A DNA stretch of 64,000 nt from Paecilomyces variotii (Eukaryota), in NCBI GenBank assembly GCA_004022145.1, contig RCNU01000004.1; one strand, given 5' to 3'. The translations under genes and the position numbers were made by a program. Position 1 is the first letter of the stretch; each line of letters begins with the position of its first letter. This document shows positions 49,307-61,829 of this stretch, piece by piece. Below the pieces are notes generated by a model. It saw only the letters and a program-made list of their open reading frames with translations, was not told where the DNA came from and did no database searches.

Positions 49307-51251
49307 TTTATTAGACGGAGAATTGCGCGAAAAGAGGGTATAAGGAAGCGATGCCGATGGCCATCAAGTTTATAGACAGTCAACACGATTAGCTTCCCCG
49401 AATGTCCCATGTAGGACTGAACTATGGGCGGGGGAGGCAGCAATATCAACAGAGAAAATGGCAACACTGCGAATAGGCTGTGATTAAGAATTACTGAGAA
49501 GTAACAAAGATGGGATGCCAGTGAAGAAGAGACCAGAAGCCCTTGAAAATAATTTCTAGCTTTTGCAACGATGGCCATACTCCGATAATCCATTGCGCGA
49601 TAGCGGATCGGGTCTTTGGCTTTTGTTTCTTCCCGTCGCCCCCCAACGCTGGTAGCATTCCAAGCGGGCCAGAAGGATGGGGCTCCGTGACGTACATAAG
49701 CAGATCAGCCAACTGGGGATATATTCTAGATGGTCATATGCTGGATCGAACGCAACTAAACAGGCAAGGATCATACATCAAGCGCGCATGGGCACTGACC
49801 CGGGGAATCTGAGAACTTGCGGGCGAGTGGGAAGGTGGCCGAAAGTTGGATCAGATCATCAGAAGCAGAGCACTAGGCTTGCAACTAACTGGCTTCAGGG
49901 GTTGTCCAAGAGCTTAATAGAATGTGGTTTAAACTTGCGGCTGTAAAAGGCTGTCTGCCGGCCAAGCAGAGCTCTCTTGTGGCGCCTCGAGAGCATTGTG
50001 GTTGACACGATATGAGAGCAGAATCTCCTAAATGGTCAAGCAGTTCCCTTTCTCACCCACGAAGCCGCGGCATTGCTAGCAGTTCGTCCTATCATGGATG
50101 AACACCAATCAAGACGGTGGCCTCCTAATATACTATATCCAATGTGAAATTCATATAAAAGACCCTCAATTGCTCTGTCGGGAACTTTTCGACTGTGAGC
50201 ACCCAGTGGTCCATAGAAGCTTGGCATGGCTTTCGGAAAGTGGATAGAAGGTTCCTGACTAGCATCGTCTATTGACTTTGGTCCCTCCCGAAGGCCCACT
50301 GCCAGATGACATGTCCGATACTTTGTAAATCCGATGCTGCGGACGGACGAGTGAACAGAACACCGCAAGATGAGATTGCACACCGATTGTGGCTAGTGCT
50401 GCAGCATTGTCAATGCTGAGAAGCCCATGTTCAGGCCGGAAATCGAACTCGCCACTTCACCTCACGGCGGCCAGACCTTGGAGAGCTAGGTTGGCTTGCA
50501 GTTTCGCCTAATAATAATCGAGGAGGTCCACTGCAGGTACAGTTAAGGTGCCGTCTGCAATTTCAAATACATCGTTAAAAAGAAGCCATCCGCATCCAAT
50601 GGAGCCACTGGGAGACGCCATGTGAGAATCTAGCTTTCCACATATCCGTATTTTCGAACAGGCACCACCAATGGTACTATGTCTGCGCGCATGGCAGGAA
50701 ACATATTCTGCATTGGTGTCTGCACTGCTTGGAGGTGTATGGAGCTCAGCTGTCTTTGCTGAATGCGGTGTGCAGCTCTGCCTACAGCTCCAACTTCAAG
50801 GTCAAATGTGCCGCACACGGAAATTGACAGTTCAGGATAGAGCGCCGAGGGTTCGTCGATCGTCAAGGCACTAAGATCGAAAAGCCCGACCTGAGCATCC
50901 TCCGCTGCCACCAGTGGCAGACCGCCATAGAGTCAAATTAAAACGTAAAGTCTTTTTGATTGATTATTAGTTAGCAGGTCCATTATTGTGCGAACTGCGA
51001 AGACTGCTGGATGCTAGTTCAAAGTTGAAGGCAATGCCAAAGCGGCTGAAATGGTAGACAAACTGGGATCTGAAGATGCTCCTTGCGTAGAATTAGTCTC
51101 AGATCCACGCGGTCGCCTATCGTCACGTGACAGCGCCGTCGCGTATCTATCTCCAAGATCGAGGAACACGTTAATCCACGCGCGACGACACTCATTGACC
51201 TGCGGACATTCATCACTACCGTCTTGATACCCCTCATATCCATACCATACA

Positions 51252-52004
51252 ATGCCGGCCTTTACTCCCCTCCGTCCTTTCCTGCGGGCCCCCGCGACTA
51301 CTTTCTCTGCTCGTTCTTTCAGCTCGTCTCCAGCGCGTTCCGTCGCCCGTCTGATCATCACGGGTCGTCTGGGAGCTGAGCCTGAGCTCCAGGCAACATC
51401 CACCGGACAGGATGTTGTGAAGTACGTTGTCGGCACGTCGTACGGCCCCAGGGACAACCGCCAGACCAGCTGGTTCCGCGTTTCGAGCTTCCAGCAGGAA
51501 GGTCCACAGAGGGACCATCTCCTCAGCTTGCCAAAGGGGTAAGTCATCCAGGAAGCTTCTTATTATCCATTGGAACAGCAAACACCATCACCGATCAGTA
51601 AAATATCGGCCTGCTAGTGGCATTGAAGCTCTTCCGGGAAGGATGTCAGGGACAAACGGTGCAGCAGTTGTTCGGAAAATTTGTCTACTTGGCTCCAATC
51701 ATCTACATACGCTATTGGATACAGAATGGGAAAGAACTGACTTTGACCTTCCAACAGTACCCTAGTCTACGTCGAAGGTGACGCTAGCATCCGTACCTAT
51801 GAGGATGCCGAAGGCAAGAAGCAATCCAGCCTGAGCGTTGTGCAAAGTATGTCTCGATCTGATACCGAGCTTGTTTATTCCGGCCCGAGGGGCCCCATGT
51901 TTCTCTTATCGCAGTCTGCTAATATCTCTGCAATTCCAGGGACTCTCGAAGTTCTCAAGCGCCCCAGCTCTGAGTCCTCCTTCCCGTCCGAAGAGACTCA
52001 ATAA
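51252..52004 (+). CDS. RIM1: Mitochondrial single-stranded DNA-binding protein, 3 exons
   Basis: Arg/Ser-rich presequence; OB-fold ITGRLGAEPE, SWFRVSSF and LPKG|TLVYVEGDA; TAA at 52002-52004. Confidence 0.92.
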
Positions 52005-52717
52005 ATTGCCTTGAATACTATAGGCACGGGCGTCCTTGCTATGTATACCCAATTGAATACATTTCTTTTTTGTCCCATTCCAGGACCTACCGGTTCTGAT
52101 ACGGAGGATTTCTGGCAGGATTGAATTCTCTACTCCTTGTATTTTTTTTTTTCCCTTTATCTGATTCCAGAACGAATGAGTGTAATGTGTGGATGAGAAT
52201 GTATTATTTCTATGTTGATCTTGAATATATCGCATTGCTACGTAAATTGCCGTGTTACAGCCCTAGCCATAACGTGCATCACATGCTAGACTAGAAGACT
52301 CATGGAAGAAGAATGAAGGAACACCAAGTCCAACTGGCCGAGATTCCAACCTACTATGTAACAGCTGTTGACACAATGCTTATTTTTCCATTATCCTATC
52401 ACAAAGATCTACAGCCAACATATTAGCGCTGGGGCCGTGTTCCGATCTTCCATCGTATCTGATCTGAAAGCATTTACATGGAATGTGATACTTGAAACTT
52501 CGGGTTAAACTTTTCTTTGTAGCAACCGATACACATGCTGGAGAGACATGGATGATAGCTGCCGGGGCAAGACAAGAAGCACAATGGCACCTGCGGCGAA
52601 ACAACGCATACTTCCACCTCATGTTGACGTCTAAAATTCATAGTAGCAAGCAATTTGAAACACTCCCTTGGAATTCCTGGCTTATCTTGCCTGAGAACCC
52701 TGAGATAATTCTTCTGA

Positions 52718-54301
52718 TCATGGCTCATAAGACACGATCTCATCACCACAATACGGGCAAATTGACACCTTGGCCTGGCGAATGACGTGCTTGACCTTGA
52801 TGCCCGACTCTGTGTTCGGCGACGGAGCGGCATCTGAATGAATATCACCCGCCTCGCGTGGGCTATGACCTGCCCAAGCACTGGTAGAGACTGTATTCTT
52901 TGGAGACTCAAGATTGTTGTTATTATTAGCAGGTGCAGCAGGGGTATTACCTCTTCCGGTGCGGAAGAGAGTGCTGACCAGCAGATGCTTGAGTCTACTA
53001 CACAAGGACGCTTTATTGGCCATGTTCCTTTCCTCGGAGTAGACGCAGGGTCCTTTCTCCAGATCGGCAGTAGTAGAGGTGGCGGGAGGATCATTGGAAA
53101 CAGAGTCAGTTCTCGACGAACTTCTACAATTGAGTTAGTAAGAAAACAGGTTCTGCTGGGGAAGAATTCGGAGCTGACCTTGTCGTGTTGGACTGGAGAC
53201 TCCAGGTAAACATTTTACCTAGTTTACTCATCCGACTAGAAGAAGAGCCCAAACTTTTGGCGGAGTAGATATCGGACTGTGACTTCACAGGGAGCCAATG
53301 GTCAACTCCGAGCTTGGTGAGAATCGAACGGTACATCGAAGTCGCATCTTTTCCGAAACCGAAGAAGACGAATAGAACAAGTGTTCCGCCAATGGGTATC
53401 CAGCGATCGAAGAAGCTCTGGCCATGGGTCGCAACCTTGATAATCGTATTCCAGCCGGGACCATGAAGTCTAGAAAAGGAGTAGTCGTGCCATGGTAGTG
53501 AGAGTTGAATATCCACATAGAGGACGTAAGCCTGAGTGGGAAGAATCGCCAATAGCATCACAGATGCCATGCAGAACAGCCGCAAGAATCTCGTTTTGTT
53601 CATACTACTTCCACTTCCACGAGAACCGCTAAGGATCGCGCCGAACTCTCTGTTGTACTTGATGATACGATACATCACGAGGCCTAGGGAGTAGTCAGCA
53701 TCTTGCAGGAAGTATTAACAAACGATAGGACGCTCTTACAGCAGTAGTAAGCCGCAATCATGCAAATCACCGTTGGCCACAGGTAAGATAAAACCAGGGT
53801 AACCCAGCTTTCGTCGAAGTTATTCACACATCCTGAAATTGTGTAGAGCATGTAACGGGTTTTCTGGACAAAGAAGTGCGTGATCATGGCTAGGATAGGG
53901 ATAACCAAGCAAAATGATATCTCAATGGCGAGTTTCTTGCGACGCTGACTGCGCGAAGGGACGAGAACTGTACGCTCCGTATCCAGGACTTCTGCAAGGT
54001 GGCGGAAGATACACAGCAAAGCTCCAGGTAGACCGACATAGCTTGCCACCATCAGCTTGACTTCGACATCGCAGAGCCCGACACCGCTCCACCAGGAGTC
54101 GACATCATCTGTAGGCCAGATGAAGGCGTTCACGATGTTGAATACATTGTTGACCAGAAACCAACCGACAAGGCACACGGCAGGGAAGTTGGAATTCCTC
54201 AAATGCCACATCAACGGAGTAATGCTCAGTATGATTGACAGGAGCGACAAGAGTGGGATAATAATGGCCTCGGGAGCACGTTCATACTCGCTGTCAGCCA
54301 T
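52718..54301 (-). CDS. STE3: a-factor pheromone receptor (STE3/PreA family GPCR), 3 exons
   Basis: NAFIWP...WWSGVGLCDVEVKL, RYMLYTISGC, RFLRLF and FFGFGKDA. ORFs 53684-54301, 53124-53678 and 52718-53023 join through GT-AG introns. Confidence 0.93.
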
Positions 54302-55313
54302 GACGAAATATTATCCCTCTGTGGTTTCCCAGATAGTTGCTTGAATCCGAAGCACGTCCAATCTGGTCGAGGACTTCCTATTGTATGAAGCTTGCAGGTT
54401 TGTCTTTTGAGGATAGTCTTGAACTTGCTCCAATTTAGGATAGCTATCCCTGACTGAAAGTCCGGAGTACACAAAGATTCAATTCAAGAATGATGTGATC
54501 AACATGAAGGGAAATAACTGCACGCTTGTATGAGGATGTTGAGATTGAAGCCAGAAGGATAGAGATCTAAGGCTGAGCTCTATACCCGTGGAATCGAGAC
54601 TGAAGACGAAGAAGGAGTAAGGACTCGCATTGTGCAGTGTATGTATCATGATATCTACAGAAAGATTCATATCAATAACAGCTTATCCAATTAGCAAGCC
54701 TCAATAAGTTTAGAATAAGAGACAGTGAAGGAAGTCCTTTTGAGAGCGCTTTTGGCGTTGAGGACACCATGCCTATTTCGGTACTCAATAAGCAGTTCGA
54801 CTATAAAATCTGAACTTATTGAGGAATGGCATCACAGATGGAGGGTATCCTTGACTGCCCAGAATCAAGATTTAGGAAATTCACAATAGCCCGACCTACT
54901 AGGTTTCCCGTTCAGGGTAACACAACATGTCTGAGTAGAAATTATTGCTTGATCCAAGCATCAGCAATAGTTAAAGGAAGTTAGAAAAGAATAGTTACAT
55001 GGTTAAGAACCGGCGGGGAAACAGGATTAACTAACAGGCGCGGAATCCGGGGTTGATTCGCGCATGCCGTCATCCACTGCAACCATAATAATAACATAAC
55101 ATAACTCGCATCTTCGCAAACTTGCCGTCCTTCCTTTCACCCCTGCCGTTCCTGATCCATGTCCTAACGGCCCTTTTTGGTGCTTCTCTGCTCGAGGAAT
55201 ACAATGTGTCTTCCAAGTGGTTAGTTCAAACTCATCCCCCCTATGCTATTGTCGATCAAAGAGCGCTTTCTCTGATGGTATACTGTACATTCGCATAGCG
55301 GCTGCTCCACGTC

Positions 55314-56842
55314 ATGCCTGATCACTCCGAGCTTCCAGCTTCCCAGCACGCCTCCTTCAACAGTGGCGCCCACGTGAACGCTTCAAATGCTCCCTACCTT
55401 CGTCGGGGCTCTTCGCGTGCAGGGATGTCGACGGAGTTTTCATCAAATATGCAGAGAGTCCGGCGCAATTCAGTCCTGTCGGACTCGGTGTCCGAGGCGC
55501 GACACTCCCTCCGATCATCCACCGATGGCCTGCTTTTCCCACGAGCAAGCAAAGATCAAATAGTAGATGTGCGGGAAGAAGAGTCGCATTGGCACTCCGC
55601 ACCTCTTGCGCTGGCGCTGCTGCCTGCAATTGGAGGCATTTTCTTCAAAAATGGCAGCGCTGTTATTACAGATGTGACGTTGCTCGGGTTGGCAGCTATA
55701 TTTCTGAATTGGTCCGTCAGACTGCCATGGTAAGAAACAGACATTGATCGCTTAGAAAGAACAGGCGACTGATTCCGGTATTTAGGGACTGGTACAGGTC
55801 GGCGCAAGCGATTAGACAACGAACATCCGTGGATTTTGGGGCGCAGGAGTTGATGGAGGAGCCTACCAGCATCGACGAAGCCGATGAAGCGTCATCTTCG
55901 AAGCCTGGGGACCGAGTCCACTCTTCGCCAAAATCTGATCCGAGACTACAACAGTCAGCTGCAGTTGACACCGCAAATAAGGAGCTCCGCATTCACGAAC
56001 TGGCAGCTCTGGCATCCTGCTTCATCTTCCCTGTGGTAGGAACCTGGCTCTTGCACGCTATCCGATCGAAGCTATCACGGCCATCTGAGGGACTCGTGTC
56101 CAATTACAATCTGACAATATTCTTGCTGGCATCTGAGATTCGGCCGGTCTCCCATCTTCTCAAGATGGTTCAGGCCCGGACTCTCTACCTTCAACGCACT
56201 GTCGCATCTTCCCCGTTTGAAGATGACAAGGTCGACGCGAACAAAGTCATTGACATGGCAAAGAGACTGGAAGAATTAGAAGCGTATGTCGCAAACAATG
56301 CGGCCGAGCGGCTGCCCGATTCTGGCAAAGCTCCTGAGTCTGCTTCTGCCTCGGAGACGCCGCAACAGGTCGTCACGCAATTGACGTCTGATGTCCGCAA
56401 AGAGCTTCAACCCGAATTAGATGCTTTGAATCGTGCAATGAGGCGCTATGAGAAGCGCACAACCCTGACAGCCTTCCAGACAGAGTCCGAGATACAGAGA
56501 CTCGAGACTCGGGTGCAGGATGCCATCGCTCTGGCAGCCGCAGCGCAGCGCTCTACGGCTGGGAGTCATCAGCGTTATGCTCTTATCCTGCTAGACTGGA
56601 TCTGCGCCATTGTTGTGCTGCCAGTCCAAGCCATATGGACTTTGGCCAGCATGCCCGGCCACATCGCAACGTGGGGATTGTCTCATGTGAAGTCAATTCT
56701 AGGTCTGAATCGGCAGCGAGTGAAGACTGGCAAACCAAGGTACTCCCAGGGCCAGAGAGGGGTACCATCTTCTAAGTTACAGCAGAAAACGGTGCCCTTA
56801 ACGCAGCTGCCAGGCGGCAGAGGTCCCAAGAAGGCGATATAG
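55314..56842 (+). CDS. Conserved fungal hypothetical membrane protein
   Basis: Two exons (intron 55730-55785) join LNWSVRLPW|DWY. TM segments, SEGLVSNYNLTIFLLASE motif and coiled coil. Confidence 0.8.
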
Positions 56843-57844
56843 AGATACACTTCCAATATCCATTCATCACCTTTGGTCCTTTCTACCTTTTCTTGGAAAT
56901 AGCACTCCCAAGTATTCCTATAGGTCAGAACATTTCATTGTAATAGCTTCATTCGCTCGTCCTCTTACGTTATTTCACTGCTACGTATCGCTCCACTATA
57001 ATCCTTTATATATATCATTCGTCAGATTGTATCTTGTACATGGTCGGAGCTTCTCGGTTGTGATTCGAACCATGCTGTGTTGGGTCATGGGTCGCTGGAT
57101 TTGTTTAGGATATAGCGATATTCATATTATCTCATGTGTACATATATCCAGGGCCTAGATGCATTTCACATACTGAATACTCGTCCACTTCAATTTCGCA
57201 AAGCTACTAGACAAACTTTCCCACCCTCCCCATTCTCAGTTACGAACCAAATGATCAGGAATTAGTAACTTCAAATCAAAATCCTCCTCCGGCTGAGTTG
57301 TACCATCACCGGCAATAGCAGGCTGCGAGAGAAGACCATTGCGGGGCTGTTAACTAAGATGTTCTAATCTGACTATGTATGTACTTGAGTTGTTATTTCT
57401 GATTGGAAAAAAGTGGAAATATACAAGAATCGCAGATATAGATGATTTATTTATTCAAGGCCATTTGAATCTGGTGCTAATCTACAAAGGGGCATTACTT
57501 GAACCCACCTGCATCTGGATATGAATGGAGGGTTTGGAGAAATGAACAATTAACAATTTCAATTCGCAGGACCGTCACGACCTAGTTTATTAAGGCGTAA
57601 TAGACGGTTAGAATGCAAGGAAGTCATTGCCTGTAATTTGATTCAGGAATGGCTTTCCCCAAGCAGATAAGCTGCTGAGATGTATACATAGTATATAGGG
57701 CGGAGTATGACTGTACAATGACAGCTCTAATCGTGGACAAAGGACGGGTATATGGGAAAGTTGGTAGTATCCGCTGTTCTCGATAGAAAGGGGGAAAAAA
57801 GAGAGGAGTAAGTTGATGACCGGTCATTGCCAGCAACGACGCCC

Positions 57845-60800
57845 CTAAGTTGCACCACCGGATGGTCCGCAATCATCCACTGCTACTGCTTTCAAGAACG
57901 GCTCTATGATGTTCCTTTTTCGCTCTTCCAATGCTCGTCTCTCCTTTTCCTTGTGTGGAACATGCACATCAGGAGCGATTATGATGTCAGCAAACAATGA
58001 TGCGAAGGCCTTTTCCACTGCCTGCCGTCGCTGAAGATCCGTCCTGCCTTGGTCTTCGGACGATGTAGACGTCGTCAGGGTCCGGGCTCGCTGCCTCAAA
58101 CTGGCGGCCGACATAAAAGACGCTGTTGTAGTCGGCGAAGTAAGCGGAGGGACTGACGCTGATGGCAGATCAGCTGCGAACCCCGGATCCGAGATCTCGG
58201 ACGTCATTGGAGACTTCGTTGCAGCTGCAGGAGGACGCGTCGGAATAGCTGAGACTGGCACAATCTCGTTTGCGATTCGGAGAAGCATAAAGGTGATGAA
58301 AGTAAATGATACACTGTGGACGGGGGAAGAGGAGAGACCTTCCAAGACCCATGCTTGTGCTTCTTCCGTGGATTGAAGTGGCATCTGGGCCTTCTCCCGT
58401 GACAACATTCGCTGAGACATGTCTGTGAAAAGATCTTTCGTGATAATCCGCCCATCTAGGGAGCGGATGAAAGCAACGAGAGTTTCGGACAAGATCTCCA
58501 GGCGATGCAGAGATAGCACTTCGGGCGGGAATACGTCGTTCAGAGACCCATTCGTGTCCAGAGCTTCGCGAACCGCAGCAAGAAACGGTTCTCGCTGGGT
58601 CTCATCCCTCATAGTCCATGTCTCAGGCTCAAAGGGCCAGGCAGATACACCATTAGGCCCGAAAGTCCAAGGCGGAGGCGACTCCCCTTCGGCGGGCCCT
58701 TTCATCATGCTCCATTCAGCAACAGCACGTACTGTCAGATCAGATATGGCCTCAGTAAGCCGGAAGATCTCTCGAGGCGCCGATAAGCGAGCTTTCCCCT
58801 CAAATTTCAACTGATCGGGAGGGGTGTGTATGAGGCTACGGGCCCCGCCTTCTGGCATGTATATAAGTTCTTCTAATGAACGCCCAAAACACGTCGGCAG
58901 CCACCGGGCATTAACTGGAATAAAATGGTCCCTGCCCGAGATTACCCTGAGGACTAAGACGTCCTCTAACTTATGATGGCCGGAATTGAGCAATCGGACC
59001 TGTGTAATATCCTTGACGATGGCTATGAGATCAATGTTTGCAGTATCACCTGGAGACAGTGTATATTCGTCCGGACTCTGATTCTTCTTACTATCGTGTT
59101 TCTTCTCGTGGGAAGGCCAATGGACACGAATCTCCACCCAATGAGGGGCTATACCAGTGGTCTCCTTGCTACCACCGGCTCTCTCAGCAAAAGTGAAGGT
59201 GGCAGGGACACTGCTGGTATTGGCAACGGTGAGACTTCGCGTAACGTGGACACCATAAGGGACATCGCCAAACTCAACAGCGTTGGGATCCTTCGTCGCA
59301 GTGTCATCTCCCTCTCCATCCTGGAGATCAGTTTGATGGTCTACCACGACAGTCACAGAAGGGCGCGCTTCATTCTCAGCCTTGTCCAGCTCTCGAGCAA
59401 CCTCTTGGTACACCATAGTCTTAAGTTCCGGGATGACAGAATTATAAGTCAGGGTGAAGAGAGCATCCAGTGGTTTGTGGTCCGAGGAGAGGATACCCTG
59501 ATGTGAGAGATAATGGTCGAGTCTGACCGGATCGTCGTAAGCCACGCGGCTTTCCGACGGAGTTGGATCGCCAGCAGCGTCTTCAGTTTCGTCGTATTCT
59601 TCAAATTCATTCACGCCGTCGACATCAGGGTCGTATTCGAACAGGACGTTATCATCTTCTACTGCCTTGTCCAGGCCGCGCGCCTTCATCTCGTCGTCCT
59701 TCTTCTTCGCATCCTTGGCCTCCTGGACTCGTCGCTCATACCTGCGTTTGTCATGCCATGTTCGATAGAGGATCCGATCGCACCAACTCGGGCCTCTCTG
59801 CTTCTCGCTCGAATCGAACATTGCAACGCTACCAATATCGTATTTGTAGGTTGGAAGGAAATTGATCTCACCTTCCTTCCAGCCTTCGTGGAATGCTTTC
59901 TCTTGAGATTGTTGTGCAATGAGTTGATCGTGAGGTAGTAGAGACGACAGGGTCATGCGAAGATTTTCTGGGTTGGAATTTGGTTCGATGTCTTTGTCAA
60001 CCAGCGCTACCGGTGCAGAATCGACTACAAGACGAGTTGAACCCGCAGATGAATCATCATCTTCTTCCCCAACGACATGCGGAGATTGGGGATCAGTGTC
60101 AGTGTCGCTATCCCCGATGGATTTGCGCTCTGACTCGTGCGTCGCATCATATGTGTTTGGTGTATGCAGCGACAAGAGCCGCCGGACATCCTCCCCCGGT
60201 ATATCATCCAGACGATAATTGAGATCTCCAAACCAGAACGCAAAATCTTCCTTGCCAATGCTATCGCTTGGCTCTCCCAAGATGTCATCTTCAGGATCCA
60301 ACGGGGCAAACTTGGCGCGTGCCACAATCTGGCTAGCATCCCAATTGCGGCGTTCTAGACTTGCTTTATCCGAACCTGCAGCCAGATGGCAATTGACGAA
60401 CACCAAACGAGCCGTCTCGCCGAGCACAATACGGGCAGCAACAGCGCCCTTGTTCCCCATGTAGCCCATTAGACCGGTCCCCACACTCGTGGTGCTAACC
60501 GATGATATACTCCCTACAACAGCTGGAGAAGCGTATATGAGTATCAAGAGGCCGACCAATTGCTGCTCCGCAACCAGTTCGTAGCCCGCAGGCAGGGCCT
60601 TCTTCATGGCCTCTTTCCATCGAGTAGATGGCCCGGGGTCAACAAAGGGTCTCAATGCTTCCGAGGGCGACGAGACATCCACAATCTCCTGCAGACCAAG
60701 AGCGTAAATACCTACGTCTTCCGGCCTGACGGAGGAGTCGTCTTTTCCATCATCACTGCCACCACTTGAGTGACCACTTTCCTCGGACTGTGACCTTTCG

Positions 60801-61117
60801 TGACTTTGTTGCCCTTGCTCTTTTGCAAGCTTTGCGGTAGATAGCCTTTCGCAGACTCCTTTGCCATGTACGAACCACTCCCCAACATCCTTCTCTGTTC
60901 CCGCAATAGCAGCCACATTCCAAGTTCCGATCTTGATGCGAATGGACCGCTGGCGCGTATACTCCGCTCTTCTTGACTTCACTGCCTGAGAAAGAGACCG
61001 CGGGTCCGAGGCAACAATGCCGTGCTGGTGACTTTCGTCACTATCAGAGGGATAGTGTCCGGGGGCATCGCGAGCTTGAGGAGATGGCGTCGCAGAGTGT
61101 TCTTCGCTACCTGCCAT
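57845..61117 (-). CDS. OCRL/INPP5B-like inositol polyphosphate 5-phosphatase
   Basis: GTWNV, LGLQEIV, GNKGAV, FWFGDLNYR, PTYKYD, PSWCDRILY and SDHKP motifs in a 1090-aa ORF. Confidence 0.93.
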   Translation of the reverse strand: MAGSEEHSATPSPQARDAPGHYPSDSDESHQHGIVASDPRSLSQAVKSRRAEYTRQRSIRIKIGTWNVAAIAGTEKDVGEWFVHGKGVCERLSTAKLAKEQGQQSHERSQSEESGHSSGGSDDGKDDSSVRPEDVGIYALGLQEIVDVSSPSEALRPFVDPGPSTRWKEAMKKALPAGYELVAEQQLVGLLILIYASPAVVGSISSVSTTSVGTGLMGYMGNKGAVAARIVLGETARLVFVNCHLAAGSDKASLERRNWDASQIVARAKFAPLDPEDDILGEPSDSIGKEDFAFWFGDLNYRLDDIPGEDVRRLLSLHTPNTYDATHESERKSIGDSDTDTDPQSPHVVGEEDDDSSAGSTRLVVDSAPVALVDKDIEPNSNPENLRMTLSSLLPHDQLIAQQSQEKAFHEGWKEGEINFLPTYKYDIGSVAMFDSSEKQRGPSWCDRILYRTWHDKRRYERRVQEAKDAKKKDDEMKARGLDKAVEDDNVLFEYDPDVDGVNEFEEYDETEDAAGDPTPSESRVAYDDPVRLDHYLSHQGILSSDHKPLDALFTLTYNSVIPELKTMVYQEVARELDKAENEARPSVTVVVDHQTDLQDGEGDDTATKDPNAVEFGDVPYGVHVTRSLTVANTSSVPATFTFAERAGGSKETTGIAPHWVEIRVHWPSHEKKHDSKKNQSPDEYTLSPGDTANIDLIAIVKDITQVRLLNSGHHKLEDVLVLRVISGRDHFIPVNARWLPTCFGRSLEELIYMPEGGARSLIHTPPDQLKFEGKARLSAPREIFRLTEAISDLTVRAVAEWSMMKGPAEGESPPPWTFGPNGVSAWPFEPETWTMRDETQREPFLAAVREALDTNGSLNDVFPPEVLSLHRLEILSETLVAFIRSLDGRIITKDLFTDMSQRMLSREKAQMPLQSTEEAQAWVLEGLSSSPVHSVSFTFITFMLLRIANEIVPVSAIPTRPPAAATKSPMTSEISDPGFAADLPSASVPPLTSPTTTASFMSAASLRQRARTLTTSTSSEDQGRTDLQRRQAVEKAFASLFADIIIAPDVHVPHKEKERRALEERKRNIIEPFLKAVAVDDCGPSGGAT

Positions 61118-61794
61118 CTTTCAGATGAGCTGTTTCAGTAGGTTGTTAATGGATCAGCAACATATACTGCCGCTGTGCATCGCTTCAATTCCCTCCGTTG
61201 TATATCGTTAAGAGTTCCCCGCGGGTAATGACGGGAGAGTGTCCAGACCTCTCAGGAACGACCAGTTCAGCAAAGAGAGGAGCGTAGTTTGAAGCAGATT
61301 CACGCCATCACGGGGCACGTTCGAACTCTGAACGGGCGGTCTGGACAGCCTCAAGCAGGAAGCACAAGTACTTCCATCACGAGGCCAGACAACGACGGTT
61401 TGGTATAGATCGCGTGGGCGGAGGGAGGAATGCACGAAGGTTGGAACGGGAGGCGCCAGAAACAGGAGCACAAAATCCACGGGGACGACCGTCTATCTAA
61501 GCAACGCGACAAAGTCAGAGATGGCGGGTGGCTGAAGGCAAACGGACGACGTTAGGACTTCATCAAGCCGTGGGTGAGCGCGAGGCCCTTCGAGACCGGC
61601 TTTGGCTTAGCCGGCGCTCTTGGGGGCGTCGATCCTCGGAGCTTCAACAGCTTCACAGCTTACGGGTAGGTGAACTTATCATTACTTGCCAACTCAACTC
61701 AACCAACTAGCTGCACACACAGCCAGGAAAGCGAACCACAACCGTCACAGAGTGAACTGCAATCGCTTCTCTATCTGAGATCCGACTCTACAGG

Positions 61795-61819
61795 TCTCTC
61801 TCTCTCTCTCTCTCTCTCT
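61795..61819. repeat. (CT)n microsatellite in the DCP1 5' leader
   Basis: About 12 CT units ending ~10 bp before the ATG. Confidence 0.85.
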
Positions 61820-61829
61820 GCCCTTCACA

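Noticed and set aside
50630..51064. Possible small minus-strand gene near a GCTAAC...AAG acceptor
   Set aside because: The 93-aa ORF has no ATG, an in-frame stop lies just upstream and there is no recognisable domain; at most a non-coding or leader transcript.
52474..53094. 206-aa minus-strand ORF behind STE3
   Set aside because: Alternative frame overlapping the true last STE3 exon, which splices into the 52718-53023 frame.
57040..57085. GATTCGAACC resembling a minus-strand tRNA T-loop
   Set aside because: The flanks do not form the 5-bp T stem or an acceptor stem; no cloverleaf.
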